NCBI RefSeq assembly: GCF_018977255.1
Contig: NW_024704742.1
Span: forward strand, 124,002,001-124,066,000
Direction: 5' to 3'
Length of the DNA stretch: 64,000 nt
Source: Callorhinchus milii
Lineage: Eukaryota
This document shows, one piece after another, positions 9,813-22,227 of this stretch (within the stretch, counting starts at the first letter, position 1; each line of letters opens with the position of its first letter). The notes under the pieces were generated by a model. It was not told the DNA's origin. It saw nothing but the letters and a program-made list of their open reading frames with translations, and made no database searches. The position numbers and the translations under genes were made by a program.

Positions 9813-9857
9813 AGACTGCAGAGGAGAAGCTTGACACTTTCAAAATAGAATCATAGT
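9813..9857. repeat. Right arm of 45-bp inverted repeat, in granzyme intron 4
   Basis: Reverse complement of 7910-7954; overlaps the ATAGAATCATAG end of a reversed CR1 tail. Confidence 0.9.
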
Positions 9858-10353
9858 CAGTGCAGAAGGAGCTGATTCTGCCCATTGAGTCTGCACCTGC
9901 TAACAGAGTAAGCTGCATTTCCAATCCCACTGTCCTGCCTTGTTACCATACCCCTTCATGTATTTAACTTTCATATACAGTACCCATCAATTTACCTCTT
10001 GAAACCCACAATAGATTTTGACTCTACCTCAATATCAATGTCTTCTCAAGATGAGCCAAAAGCAGTTGGATAGTTAAAATGCTGAACAAGATAATAGAAG
10101 AAGGAAAAACACATCTCTCAATACAACAACTCATGAAGCAAAATTGCCTCAGTTGACTAGGTAAAGTGATCAGGATACAGGACTCCAACACATTGCAGCA
10201 AGCACTGAAATGATAGCGGAATGGAAAGGTGAGTATGAATGAATTTTCAACAGGTAAATGTCTTGGTGCTACTCTAGAGGATAAATGATATTGGAAACCC
10301 ACATAAGTGAACCTTAGTTAATTGAGTCTTTCAGATCACAACGTGTAACTTAC

Positions 10354-10611
10354 CGCACATGCATCCTTTTTACCCTTCTTGTCACCTGCACAGATCATAT
10401 TGTCGGTTATGTCAAGTGATTGGTAATTTTTCCGGCACGTCTTCCTGTCTATGACAGGAAGTTTAGCTTCTTTCAGGATGTCTGATATCTCTTTGGATTT
10501 GGTTTTTCCCCAGCCTGCAACAGTGCACTTTGTTTTAGCTTCAACATCGTTCGTCATTTCAGGCAGGGCCAAAACATCCACAGATTTGGTTATTTTTGCT
10601 GCACCATCCAA
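10354..10611 (-). CDS. Granzyme A/K-like tryptase, exon 4 (Asp189 S1 pocket)
   Basis: tttgatag| acceptor and GCG|gtaagt donor; 258 nt, phase 0-0. Encodes LDGAAKITKSV...CTVAGWG...CRKNY...NMICAGDKKGKKDACA. Confidence 0.95.
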
Positions 10612-11441
10612 CTATCAAACAAAAAGGTTAGAGACATAACAGGGCGCTGAAAGAGTCAGTGGCAATACTTTGGTATAATTGAAAAGTATAATTAGTAACT
10701 GTTCTAAGAAGTATACACACAGAGAATTATTTTCACAAGATTCCAAATCAAGGGGTGAAAAATGCAATCTTTCAGAACAGATTCAATGAAATAATTATCA
10801 CATTGAATGAACCATCTAATTTTAAACCTCAGTATTCCCAAGGGTTTTTCCAATGATTTTAATACTGGACATCTACTGTACATTAAAAAAAAGGCTTAAG
10901 CATCCTGTTCTGATGTGAGTACATCACCATCGACCCCCAGACATCATTCAGGGCAGGTCCTCTCTGCATCATTGTTACCTTTGTAACACAAATCCATTGA
11001 ATCTTACAGATTGCCTGTGCATAAATAGGTTAACAACTACAACACATGACATTTATGAAGCACTTTTCATGTCAGGAGGACATCTCAAAATGCAACACAC
11101 ACCAGTTACATTTTAACTTCATAGGAAATTAATTACATAGGACATATGTGCACCCTCAGGAAGGTGGAAGATGAACTAGATGGACCTTGGTCTTTTTTCG
11201 TCTAGCATTACTTATGTTCTTAGATGTACAACTGTCTGGAGGGAAGCTGAGGAGGGGAGGGGAAAAGGTGGCTGAAAGCACAGTCAAATATATAGATCTT
11301 AAAGCGGGTTTTGAAAGAGAGCATGAGGACCAAGGTGGAGGGACTCTGCAATTAAGTAACAGGGAGCAAAGCCAAAGTGGCTGAAGGCTCCTAATTTTTT
11401 AATGTAAGTTATTAAATCAGCAGATACTTCTATCAGCATAC

Positions 11442-11592
11442 CTCGATCAGCATGATATCATTCGTAAAACGATCCCAGTTGAATTTTGGGTGCTGGTATT
11501 TTTTCTTGATTTTAAGAAATTGTTTTTCTTTTTCTTTCTTGGAAAGGGACTGAGCTCCAAGAACGACTGTTTGCTTCTTTGATATAAGATAT
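11442..11592 (-). CDS. Granzyme A/K-like tryptase, exon 3 (Asp102)
   Basis: ttgtag| acceptor and GAG|gtatgc donor; 151 nt. Encodes YLISKKQTVVLGAQSLSKKEKEKQFLKIKKKYQHPKFNWDRFTNDIMLIE; absent from the ORF track and read manually. Confidence 0.92.
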
Positions 11593-11704
11593 CTACAATA
11601 TTGATACAATAGGTCTTAGTGATATAATTGAAAGAGATATTTGTGTTATCAAAAGTTGTTATTCAACATGTTAAATCTTACTTGAAAAATAATGAAATAA
11701 CAGT

Positions 11705-12225
11705 GTTGAAACCTTGGGGTCTTGTTTGACCCTCAACTATCCTTTCTACACCACATCTGCGCTAAGACCCGCTCTGCCTTCCCCCACCTCCACAACGTCA
11801 CTCGGCTTGGACACTGTCTCACACCACAGGCCACCGAAACCCTCATACACGCTTTCATTACATCGAGGCTCAACTATGCAAACTCATTGCTTGTCGGCCT
11901 CCCCAACTCCTCCCTCCACAGATCATCCAGAACACTGCAGCCCGTGTCCTCTCCCGAAGTAGGTTCCGTGACCCTATCACCCCCATCCTTGCCCAACTCT
12001 ATTGGCTTCCCGTCACACAGAGAATAGAGTTCAAGATCCTGGTCCTTACCTTCAAAGCCCTCCATGGTCTTGTTCCCCCCTACCTCTGCGACCTCCTCAC
12101 CACCTACCCTACTGCTCGCTCCCTCCCCGCAGCGGGCTCCGGCCTGCTTCACGTCCTCCACCTCGCTCGACCCACTATTGCAGGGGGACCTTATGCCACT
12201 CTGCCCCCACCCTCTGGAATTGCAA
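11705..12225 (+). mobile_element. L2 LINE 3' fragment
   Basis: FDPQLSF...ETLIHAFITSRLNYANSLL motifs. Confidence 0.85.
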
Positions 12226-12239
12226 CTCACAGTCCCTCT

Positions 12240-12630
12240 GAGTCAGAAGGTTGTGGGTTCAAGTCCTACATCAGAAATTTGAACTCGCAGACAAGACTGA
12301 CACTCTAGCGCAGTATTGGGGGGGGGGGCTGCACTTTTGGAGGTGCTGTCCTTCAGATGAAATGCTAAACTGAGGACCTGTTTTCCTGTCGAGGTGGACT
12401 TTAAAGATCCCATGACACTATTCAAAATGCGAAAGGCATTTCTCCCAGTATCCTGGCCAACAACCCCCCAAATAGAATTAATCATTCACTTTTTGGCTAT
12501 TTGTGGGATATTACTGGATGCAAATTAGATGCGAGTTTGCCTACAAATACAACTACATTTCACAGTAATATCTTGTGAAGTACTTTGAAATATCCTCTTG
12601 CTAATGTGATAAGTCACTGTATTAATTGTG
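12240..12630 (+). mobile_element. Old DeuSINE/SacSINE1-like SINE
   Basis: tRNA B-box GGTTCAAGTCC, then GCTGACACT...GGAGGTGCTGTCCTTCAGATGA...TTAAAGATCCCATG core and (TTA)n tail. Confidence 0.65.
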
Positions 12631-12738
12631 AGTATTATTATTATTGTTGGATTCTTTAGTTAGGATTGCTTAAAAATCTCAGTGAGAATGAGAGTAATAT
12701 CTCTATTTACCAGAAGGAGTCCCCATTTGCACGACTTG

Positions 12739-13056
12739 TAATAATAATAATAATAATCCTTGCATTTGATATAGCGCTTTTCACGTCGGGAGGACGTCCC
12801 AAAGCGCTTCACAGAACACACTGTAAAGTGAACTGACTGTATATTTGTGGGCGAACGCGGCAGCCAATTGCGCACAGCAATGTCCCACAAACAGTCGTAG
12901 ATTGAAAATGACCAATTTATTATTGTTTTTTGTTTTGGAGGGAATATTATTAGGCGTGTGGAGTAAGGAAACTTGCCCAGGGTTTGGCCCTGCCTGGAAT
13001 TGAACTCAGGTGTCTCGCTTGCAAAGTGAGTGCTCTAACCACTGAGCTACAGGACT
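12739..13056 (-). mobile_element. Young tRNA-derived SINE
   Basis: Full-length family member with (TTA)n tail. Confidence 0.9.
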
Positions 13057-13234
13057 TGTATTTCTTATTCGAGAATTAAGTTAAAAAATACTGCAAATTA
13101 GATCGCAATATATATGTGATCACTAACATTTCAAAGTGTAAAATGAAACAATCAAAATGTTGAATATTTACAAACTGATTATCATATAAAAACTACCAAT
13201 TAATTTCCACAATGTTTTTGTAATATGATATTGT

Positions 13235-13580
13235 TCGAATTCAAGATCCTCATCCTCACCTACAAGGCCATTCACGGCCTTGCTCCCTCCTACCTCTCCG
13301 ACCTACTATCCCCCTACCTACCCGCCCGTACCCTCCGTTCCTCTGGCTCCGGTCTGCTCCACATCCCCCGCCCCAACCGCCCTACCATCGGTGGCCGGGC
13401 CTTCAGCCTCTCAGCCCCTAGGCTTTGGAACTCTATCCCCCAGTGCCTTCGCCGCCTCCTCCCTTTCCTCCTTCAAGGCCGGTCTCAAGACCTTCTCTTT
13501 GAATGTGCCTTCAGCTCCCCTCTCGACTCTCTACCCCCTCCTCGCTCGCTCCCTCCCTTCCCTCCCCTCACCCTGACCAT
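13235..13580 (+). mobile_element. Young L2 LINE 3' fragment
   Basis: EFKILILTYKAIHGLAPSYLSDLL...GGRAFS..APRLWNS; nearly identical to 18330-18670(-). Confidence 0.9.
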
Positions 13581-13659
13581 TTCTGCTGAACATTACATTA
13601 CTTGGTACATTACACAAGTGCTCAGTAATCAGCATGTCTAATTCTATTGATTATTACAT

Positions 13660-14132
13660 GTCAGGAGGATGTCCCAAGGAGCTGGACAGTCAGGGATCCG
13701 CACCCGAGCTGGTGGTTGGGATCAGGAGATGTGGAGGACGGGAAGGGTAGGGGTAGGAAGGTGACCAAAGACACAGTTGAAGAGGAGGGGTCTTGAAGGA
13801 GTAAGGGAGGGAGCGAGGTGGAGGGACTGCAGGATGGAGTTCCAGACGGCAGGGGCAGAGAGGCTGAAGGCCAGCCCGCCAATTGTGGGGTGGGCAAGGC
13901 TGGGGGCGCTGAGCGGAGGGAGCGAACAGGTTGGTAGGGAGTTAGGAGGTCACAGAGGTAAGGGGTAGCAAGGCTTTGAAGGTGAGGACCAGGATCTTGA
14001 ACCATATCCTCTGAGTGAATGGGGAGCCAGTGGAGCAAGGCGAGGATGGGGTGAAAGGGTCACAGGACCTGTTGCAGGAGAGGACACGGGCTGCAGAGTT
14101 CTGGATGATCTGCAGCCTGTGGAGGGAGGAGT
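13660..14132 (-). mobile_element. L2 LINE 3' fragment
   Basis: LQIIQNSAARVL...LHWLP motifs on the reverse strand. Confidence 0.8.
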
Positions 14133-14207
14133 TACATCGAACTAAACTTGATATTGTTTTTCAGACAAATGCAATTAGAAAGAATTAAGATTGATGCAAT
14201 AACTTAC

Positions 14208-14352
14208 CTGACACAGTGTGCTGCGGTCAGTACCCAGTTTGGTTTGATCAGGGTTCCTCCACAAACATGGGAATTATTATTTTGGATAGATGTCATGTAA
14301 GGTCTTGAGTGAGACTTAACTTTGCCACCTCCAATAATTTCCACAGCAACAT
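14208..14352 (-). CDS. Granzyme A/K-like tryptase, exon 2 (IIGG, His57)
   Basis: ttatatag| acceptor and AG|gtaagt donor; 145 nt. Encodes [53 protein letters not shown] is the granzyme signature. Confidence 0.96.
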
Positions 14353-14431
14353 CTATATAAAAAATAGGAAAGAATTATGGTCATTGTGAAGAATGGGGAG
14401 TCTTTACAAAAAATGCAAATGTTATACTTAC

Positions 14432-14492
14432 TAATAGGCAGGTTTAAGAACAAAACAATCAAAGTTTGAATTATAAATTGCAGCAAAGCCAT
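14432..14492 (-). CDS. Granzyme A/K-like tryptase, exon 1 (signal peptide)
   Basis: Encodes MALLQFIIQTLIVLFLNLPI; A|gtaagt phase-1 donor. The joined five-exon CDS is 783 nt, giving 260 aa. Confidence 0.9.
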
Positions 14493-14532
14493 TTTACTCC
14501 AGTTGAGAAAACCTGAGCTTTTAGTTTCCACC

Positions 14533-14551
14533 ATTATGAGTGAGTGTGGTT
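14533..14551 (-). promoter_or_regulatory. Candidate granzyme proximal promoter with RUNX site
   Basis: TGTGGTT at 14545-14551 and reverse-strand CATAAT at 14533-14538, about 40-60 bp upstream of the ATG. Confidence 0.45.
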
Positions 14552-15075
14552 ACAGCAAGTTCTTACAGACATATGATGTGATAGCCTCAATAGCTTCAGA
14601 AACAATTCAGTCTGTTTTTTTTCACAATTTGTAATTATCACCCTGGTTGTGAAGAGAAAGCAGATTGTGTTAAAACCAACAGTTCTCACAGCTTGTAGTT
14701 ATGTACCTAGGAACCGTTTTCACACTTGCAATGTGTCATGGAAAAAAACAGCAATTTGTTTCACAGATAAATGTCACGTGCCGAAAACTAACCCAATTTA
14801 TTTATTTTATAAATGTAACGCAAAAGCTTTCACTTCATAGCAGTTACAAAATGCAATGCAGTGCCTTCAAGGACCTGAACAGCATTTGTATACATTTTGT
14901 TTCTAACTTTAGCAATTACATCTCAATGTTATAACCATTAATGGAGAGAAATTTCGCTTCAGTCAAAATTTATACTATTTATATTGCATTTTAGAACATC
15001 CTGAATTTGGGCCAATTGGTAAATACAGCACAGCCTTAATTTTGAAAACAATATTTTAAAAATACCTTTTTTATT

Positions 15076-15484
15076 TAATAATAGTAATCCTTGATTTGAT
15101 ATAGTGCCTTATTTTGTTCTAGACATCTCAAAGCGCTTCATAGTATATACTGTAAAGTGAATTGACTGTATGTTTTGTCAGTGAAACGAGACAACTAATT
15201 GTGCACAGCGGTGTCCAACAAACAGTCGTGGATTAAATGACCAAATTATTATTATTTTTTAAAAGGATTATTATACCCAGAAAAGCGAACCGCCATTCGA
15301 CTAACAACCGGGTTCCTACTTACTGCTAGGTAAATAGACGCATGTAGAGTAAGGAAACATGCCCAACGTTTCGCCCTGCCCAGGTATCAAACCCAGGTCT
15401 TCTCACTTGACTTGCGAGGCGAGTGCTCTAACAACTAAGCTGCAGGAGTCCACTAGTGCTCTAACCACTAAGCTACAGGACTCC
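15076..15484 (-). mobile_element. tRNA-derived SINE with tandemly duplicated head
   Basis: Longer subfamily; AGTGCTCTAAC.ACTAAGCT.CAGGA.TCC occurs twice within 15421-15484. Confidence 0.8.
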
Positions 15485-16751
15485 AAATTGTCAACATATG
15501 TTTCTATTGAACTCTGTTTCTATTTTCTTTTGTTTACGTACTTATAGAAAGTACATTCTGATGGTTTCAATCAATGTAAATTTATTATACAGTATTATGC
15601 TTTCTTATTTAGGATTCCTAAGCTTTCTGTTTCTGTTATTCGCTCGGTTGATGGCTGCTATTTCCTTTAACACTTTATTATGTTTCTTACCTTTTTTCAT
15701 CCTTATTTTTAATGACACGCATGCCCTCCAGCTGAACTCTAAAAGTTAGATACAAATTCCTTCATTCCAAAACAGGAAATCACAAAACAGGATTTGGTGG
15801 AATGCAAGTCTTACACATTCCCACCATATTTTGTTCCCTTGTCCTTGTTAGTGATGTCAAAGCACAGAATAGGTGCACGCTACTGTGTTCCCATGCAGTG
15901 TTATTCTGGTTAAAGTGCTACTGTTGCTTGGCATCAATAATTTCTCTAATCTTCTGATAGAAAGATCTACACTGCCAATCCAAAGGAATAACAGGGTAAG
16001 AAATTCTACTGTAACTCAATCTCTATTCGTATATTGTAGGTTATTTGTTGGACATTCTATGTGCAAATCAAGTCTGTTTTACAATAAATCCTGTGAAGTG
16101 CTTTGAGTTGTCCCCACTGTTTTGAAAGGCGCTAATACAAATTCAAATGATCATTATTATTTGTAGTGCAGATTTCCCCAGATAAAAAAAAATTGATCAT
16201 TCGTTGTTTGTGGGACATTGTTCGGTGCGAATTGACTGCTGCGTTTACCTATAAACACTCAGTCACTACACTTCACAGAAAAACTCTGAAGTGCTTTGAG
16301 ACATTTTGGTGTGAGAATACAATATATATAGACCTTGGTTTCGCCCACAAAATATACAGTCAAATAGAAGGATTTTTTTAAATCAAAAAAATGCTTCATT
16401 CTCTTGATTTGCTGCACTTGCACTGGCAACTTTGCTTCCTTAGTTTTCAGCCAAAGTAGTGTTACAGCAACACTACTGGTCACTCAGAGAATTGTAGCGG
16501 TTTCTGTGCAATTCCCTGACTAAAAAGTAGTGTCACTATTAACCCAGGAAAGACAGAATTGACATTATTTTTAGATGCAAATCTCTAAATGTATCACTCT
16601 TCTTAGCACATCCACAAAAAACAAATATGTGACTTACAACATAAACAAGGGAGAGGAGTTTTGAGGAGTTTTAAGCAGCGCCGTTGGGTCAGTTCGACTC
16701 AGTTTGGTGATCCTTTTTTCTTTGAGTCAGAAGGTAGTGGGCCAAAGCTCC

Positions 16752-17101
16752 AATAATAATAATAATCCTTACGTTTGATATAGTGCCTTATCACGTCTTC
16801 GAGACGTCTCAATGCACTTCACAGAATATACCGTGAAGTGAACTGACTGTATATTTTGTTGGCGAAGCGTAGCAGCCACTTGCACACAGCAGTATCCCAC
16901 AAACAGTCATGGATTGAAGTGACTAATTTATAATTATTTTTTTTAAGGAATTATTACCCCCGGAAAAGCAATCCACCAATCAACTGACAACCAGGTTCCT
17001 GCTTAATGCAAGGTAAACAGATGGGTGTGGAGTACGGATACTTTCCCAACATTTCGCCCTGCCCAGGAATCGAACCCAGGTCTCTTGAACTATAGGACTC
17101 T
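16752..17101 (-). mobile_element. tRNA-derived SINE nested in an older SINE
   Basis: Family core and tail; flanked by an older SINE head (GAGTCAGAAGG) and body (GGTGAATGTTAAAAATCCCAT). Confidence 0.75.
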
Positions 17102-18196
17102 ACTTGGGACTTAATCATATTCCAGTGAAACCTAGCCTGCCTATTCAGGTGAATGTTAAAAATCCCATAATCTTATTGGAGAAGAGAAGGAAGTTTCTCC
17201 TAATGACGTGATTAATAATCACCAGGTCAAATTGTCATTCACCTCATTGCTGTTTGTTTGAGCAGATGGCATCTGCACTTCCCAAACAGTCACTCTGCTT
17301 GACAGAAATTAACTCTGAGATGTATCAAACAGGTGCTATAAATATCTGAGTCTTTTCAGGGTTGGAGTACTAGCTCTTGTTACTATGCCACCATGTGAGA
17401 TACAATCACAGTCATTGGACGTGACTGCAACAGAAGGATCTATTTGAATCCCAGGTTTTAATTAATTGGAAAAGTTAATTCCAAGAATCTAATGACGGTA
17501 CTTTCAGGGAAGACAAGTATTTTGCCAGGTGAAACTTGTTATTTTCATCTTCTGTTATTTTCCCCCTCTTCCTCTCCCCTCTTCCTTGCTCAGCGTCTGA
17601 CCCCAAAACAAAACATCTTGTTTCAGCTTTGGTTTTCGTGATAACTCCAGGATTTAAAAATGTTTTTGAACAATGTTTAATTCATTTTCACCCTAAGACT
17701 AACATACTGTATACTTCCCAGAAATGTTGCATATTCGATACATTCCACAAGAGTTCTGTGTGCATGTTTCAGCTAAATATCAAGGTGGTAAATTATGTGA
17801 CCAATTGCATTTTGTATCATTCTTGCTATTTCAGTACACCAGTTGTAATGTTCAAGTAAAACAAATAAAAGCACTAAATTCTATATAACCAGTGAACGTA
17901 AATGAAAAAGATATAGATTTTTCTAAGTTTTTGTCGTACTGAAATCTCTCATTGTTTTTCAAATACAAAATGTAACTTTCTGACCTGTGACATTGTAGAT
18001 CAGAGCATTGGGGTAATTAACATTACCCTGAGTATATAAAATATTAAATCCCCCCACAACCACCCCATTTTGTAATTTGGCAAAATCACAACCTATGGGG
18101 TGAAAATACACTTGCTCATAAAGTTACCATCCATTATGGTATACACATTAAAGTATTTCCCCACTGTAAGCACAAGGTAAGTTGGTACTCTGCCCT

Positions 18197-18970
18197 CTCA
18201 ACAACAACAACAAGATTCCATTTATAGAGCTCCTTTCACGTCGGGAGGACGTCCCAAGGTGCTGCACGGTTGGGTCAGGACCCGAGCGGGGGGAAATGGT
18301 CAGGTTGAGGGGAGGGAAGGGAGGGAGCGAGGAGGGGGGAAATGGTCAGGGTGAGGGAAGGGAGGGAGCGAGGAGGGGGTAGAGAGTCGAGAGGGGAGCT
18401 GAAGGCTCGGTCAAAGAGAAAGGTCTTGAGACCGGCCTTGAAGGAGGAAAGGGAGGAAGCGGCGAAGGCACTGGGGGATGGAGTTCCAGAGCCTCGGGGC
18501 TGAGAGGCTGAAGGCCCGGCCACCGATGTTAGGGCGGGGGATGTGGAGCAGACCGGAGCCAGAGGAACGGAGGGTACGGGCAGGTAGGTAGGGGGATAGT
18601 AGGTCGGAGAGGTAGGAGGGAACAAGGCCATGAATGGCCTTGTAGGTGAGGATGAGGATCTTGAATTCAATCCTCTGGGGGATGGGGAGCCAGTGGAGGC
18701 GAGCGAGGGTGGGAGTGATGTGGTCCCGAAGCCTGGTGCGGGACAGTACACGAGCTGCAGCGTTCTGAATGACCTGCAGCTTGTGGAGGGAGGTGCCGGG
18801 AAGGCCGATAAGGAGAGAGTTCCCATAGTCCAGCCTTGAGGTGATAAAGGTGTGGACCAGTGTTTCAGCAGCATGAGGGGTGAGGTAGTGCCGTAGTCTG
18901 GCGACATTCCGGAGGTGATGGAAGGCGGTGCCAGTTGTGGCGCGGATATGAGATGCGATGGTGGGTTTAA
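18197..18970 (-). mobile_element. Young 5'-truncated L2 LINE with (TTG)n tail
   Basis: ORF 18411..18977: AFHHLRNVARLRHYLT..AAETLVHTFITSRLDYGNSLL..LHWLPIPQRIEFKIL; complete 3' UTR and tail. Confidence 0.92.
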
Positions 18971-19269
18971 GCTCCATGCCAGGACCTTGCGCTCATAGTC
19001 TTGGCTGACATTCCAATGCAGTCTTGGGGGAAGTGTTGCATTGTCAGAAGTGCCGTCCTTTGGATTAAACATCTGCCTGTTCAAGTAGACTTTTAAGATC
19101 CCATTACACTATTCAAAAAGAAAAGGAGTTTCACCAATGTTCTGGCCAACAATCCCCCAGATAAAATTGGTTTTCCACTTCAGGGCCAGTTCATACAATA
19201 CCAGATAGTGTCACCAAGCTCCATGCCAGACTATTCCAGTATGTTCAAGCATATCCTTTCCTTTAGCAA

Positions 19270-20150
19270 CTCAACAACAACAACAGCAAATTACACTTGT
19301 ATAGCGCCCTTCACATCGGAAAGACGTCGGAGGGTGCTAGATAATCAGGGGTTTTGAACCTGAGCTGGGAGTTGGGGTCAGAAGGGAAGGAGGACCGGGA
19401 GGGTGGCCGAAGGCACAAGCGAAGAGGAAGGTCTTCAGATGGGACTTGAAGGAGGCAAGAGAGGGGTTGAGGCAGAGGGATTGCGGGATAGAGTTTCAGA
19501 GTGTGGGGACAGAGATGCTGAATGCCCGACTGCCAATGCGGGGGACCTGAAGCAGGCCGCCGAGTGGAGGGAGCGGACAGGCTGATATGGGTTATGTGGT
19601 CAAAGAGGTAGGGGCGAGCAAGACCATGAAGGGCCTTGAAGGTAAGAACAAGGGTTTTGTACTTGATTCTTTGAAGGATGGGGAGCCAGTGAAGCGGGGC
19701 AAGAACGGAAGAGATAGGTTCCCGGAGCCTGGTGCAGGAGAGGACACAAGCTGCAGAGTCCTGAATAATCTGCAGTTTGTGGAGGGAAGAGTTGGGAAGT
19801 CCAGGGAGCAGGCAGTTGGCGTAGTGAAGCCGAGATGTAATTAAAGCGTGGATCAGGGTCTCGGAGGCCTGTGGTGAGAGGCAGTGGCAGAACGGGCAAT
19901 GTTGCGGAGGTGTGGAAAGGCAGAATGAGTCACGGCATGAATGTGGGGTTTGAGGGTGGAAAAGGACACCGAGTTTTCGGATTGGCTCAATGAGGTGAAG
20001 AGTGCAGCCAAGAATGGTGATAGTGTCAGCAGTTGAGGTGAGGGGGTGCTTCCGGGAGTCAAGCAGGAGGGCCTCTGTTTTGCCAACATTGAGCTGGAGG
20101 AAGTTGGCTCTGGTCCAGGACTTGACGTCACTCAAAGCACTGTGCACATC
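19270..20150 (-). mobile_element. L2 LINE 3' fragment
   Basis: [23 protein letters not shown]...SRLHYANCLL...LHWLP; tail at 19270-19330. Confidence 0.88.
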
Positions 20151-20759
20151 CCAGTCACTCGTTTCATTACAAATAATACTTGTCACTTGTACGAGTGATA
20201 GGGAGAGCCTGATAGGATCCAGTCTTCGCTGAGGTCCCTTTATCGGTGTCAATCAGTACCAATTTATTTGTATTTTTGTCTTAAGCTATAGTTAGTTCAA
20301 GGTCACTGTGTTTGGTCAGGGTTATTTGTGGAAACCAACAGCTATATCCTGGCCTCAAAACACATGTCAGAAAGCCTTATATTCCTATGTTCTCCACAAA
20401 ATGTACTTGAGCATCTTTAGCTCATCCATAGCACCAGTACTTGTCAGAGTGCTAGTCATTAATAGGGAGATCTAGGTACAATGAATGCTAGGGAGAATCT
20501 TACTGCATTAGTTTAGTCTTCATTTGCTTTATTATTCTATATTTACTGATTTTATTTATTCTGTACCCCATTGTTTCGCCTCTTGTTCTTTCCCTCTTTT
20601 AAACTTTGCCTGTTTCTTTCTGTTTCAACTAGTTTATTCTTATCCTCTCTCTGTCCATCTCTCACACAGTATGCTTTCACATATATCATACATATATGTT
20701 TGTGGCTCTTTTAGTTTTGTGCACAGGTTTCAAAATGAAAATGCTAAGATGTTAAGATT

Positions 20760-21305
20760 TCTAAGGTTTAAAAAACATTATACATAATAGGCCTTTCATT
20801 TAACAAAGCATTGTCAAAATGTCTCAGAGGACTTCATAGGATTTTTCTGTAAAGTGTGACTATATATATATTTGTAGGTGAATCTGGCAGCCAAACACAG
20901 CAATGTCCACAGACATGGAATGAATGACTCATTTTACATGGGGAATTGTTAGCCAGACATCAGGAGAAACTCCCTTCTCTTTTTTGAATAGGGCTATGGG
21001 ATTTGTAATGTCAAAGGCAGACAGGAATAAAAATAGAAGTCGCTGGGAACACTCAGCAGGTCAGGCAGCATCTATGGAGAAAGGAAGGTGAGTTAATGCT
21101 TCTGGTCGATGACCTTTCATCAGAACTGTCAGACAGGATCTCAGTTTAACATTTTACCCAAAGGATGGCAACTCCAGGAATTCCCGACTCCCCCAGCACT
21201 GCATTGGAGTATCAGTCTAGACTATGAAATCAAAGTCCAACAGGGGCTTGGACCCATATCTACTGACTCCAAGGTGAATGTGCTAACATCTGAGCCAGGC
21301 TGATA
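20760..21305 (-). mobile_element. Old DeuSINE-like SINE interrupted by a Penelope-like fragment (21030-21128)
   Basis: SINE body and head lie on either side of a 100-bp insert matching 6160-6263. Confidence 0.55.
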
Positions 21306-22227
21306 CCATTAATTCAGAGAGTGTTTTATATTTGTTTAAATTAATTGGTTTACTAGAGGGTTTGTTTAAAAATCAAAAGATATAAAAGACACAGAAATAC
21401 ATTTTAGAGTTTTAAATATGTTATTTCATAGGCTTCAGGGAACTTTGTTTGTTACTGTGAATCAAGTTTGTTTTGAAAAGCACCAGAGAAAATTGCTTAG
21501 AAACAATCAGTTCTCAGATGAGCTTCTTATCATACATTAACATGTTATATTTACACTGGGAACGCCTTGGCAATACTTAAAATGTAATGACTTCTTGGGA
21601 TATTAAAGGAAAGGTGACAAAACTACTGGGAATAACTAACCATGTGTGTTTTTCCCCTTGGTAATTTGAGGAAGATCCCAAGGATCCGCAATAACATACC
21701 ACAACAAAAATAGCTGTGTTGTACTTACCTTTTTGGTATGCTACTGGTTCTTGCTACTGAATTCATGGATTTATGGAGATGGAGTCAGTTACACAAACTG
21801 CAAGCATTGGCACCAGGTGGAATTTCTAAAGCACTGGGCGTACACAATGTTTCACCGTCAATCTAGTGAGCAGTCACCGGACTTAAATATATTTTTTTCT
21901 GCCTTTATAATTGCCCTCGCATAATTTCTGGGTTTGACTAAACTATTTTTAATTCTTCAGCACTAAGTCATTATTTGATGCTAACTAGCAGCTACACAAC
22001 ACTAAAACTACTACAAATCATCTCTTTTCAGCATGAGTATCAACTGAGCATTCTTCAACGAGCCTCAGTTGTGGCAGCAAAGATTAGACTGGCCGCTTAC
22101 ACTGGAGATTCTGAGTCAAATTTTGAGCATTGCTGATTACACATACGAAAACGTGCTGATTCAATGTTTGAAGAAAGCCAAAATGTCCAGTGTCACCTGC
22201 CGATATTAGCTGGCTGTCACACATTGT

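Noticed and set aside
14493..14534. Upstream in-frame ATG extending granzyme exon 1 (MVETKSSGFLNWSK)
   Set aside because: It overlaps the TATA-like element and probably lies upstream of the TSS; the downstream ATG gives a normal signal peptide.
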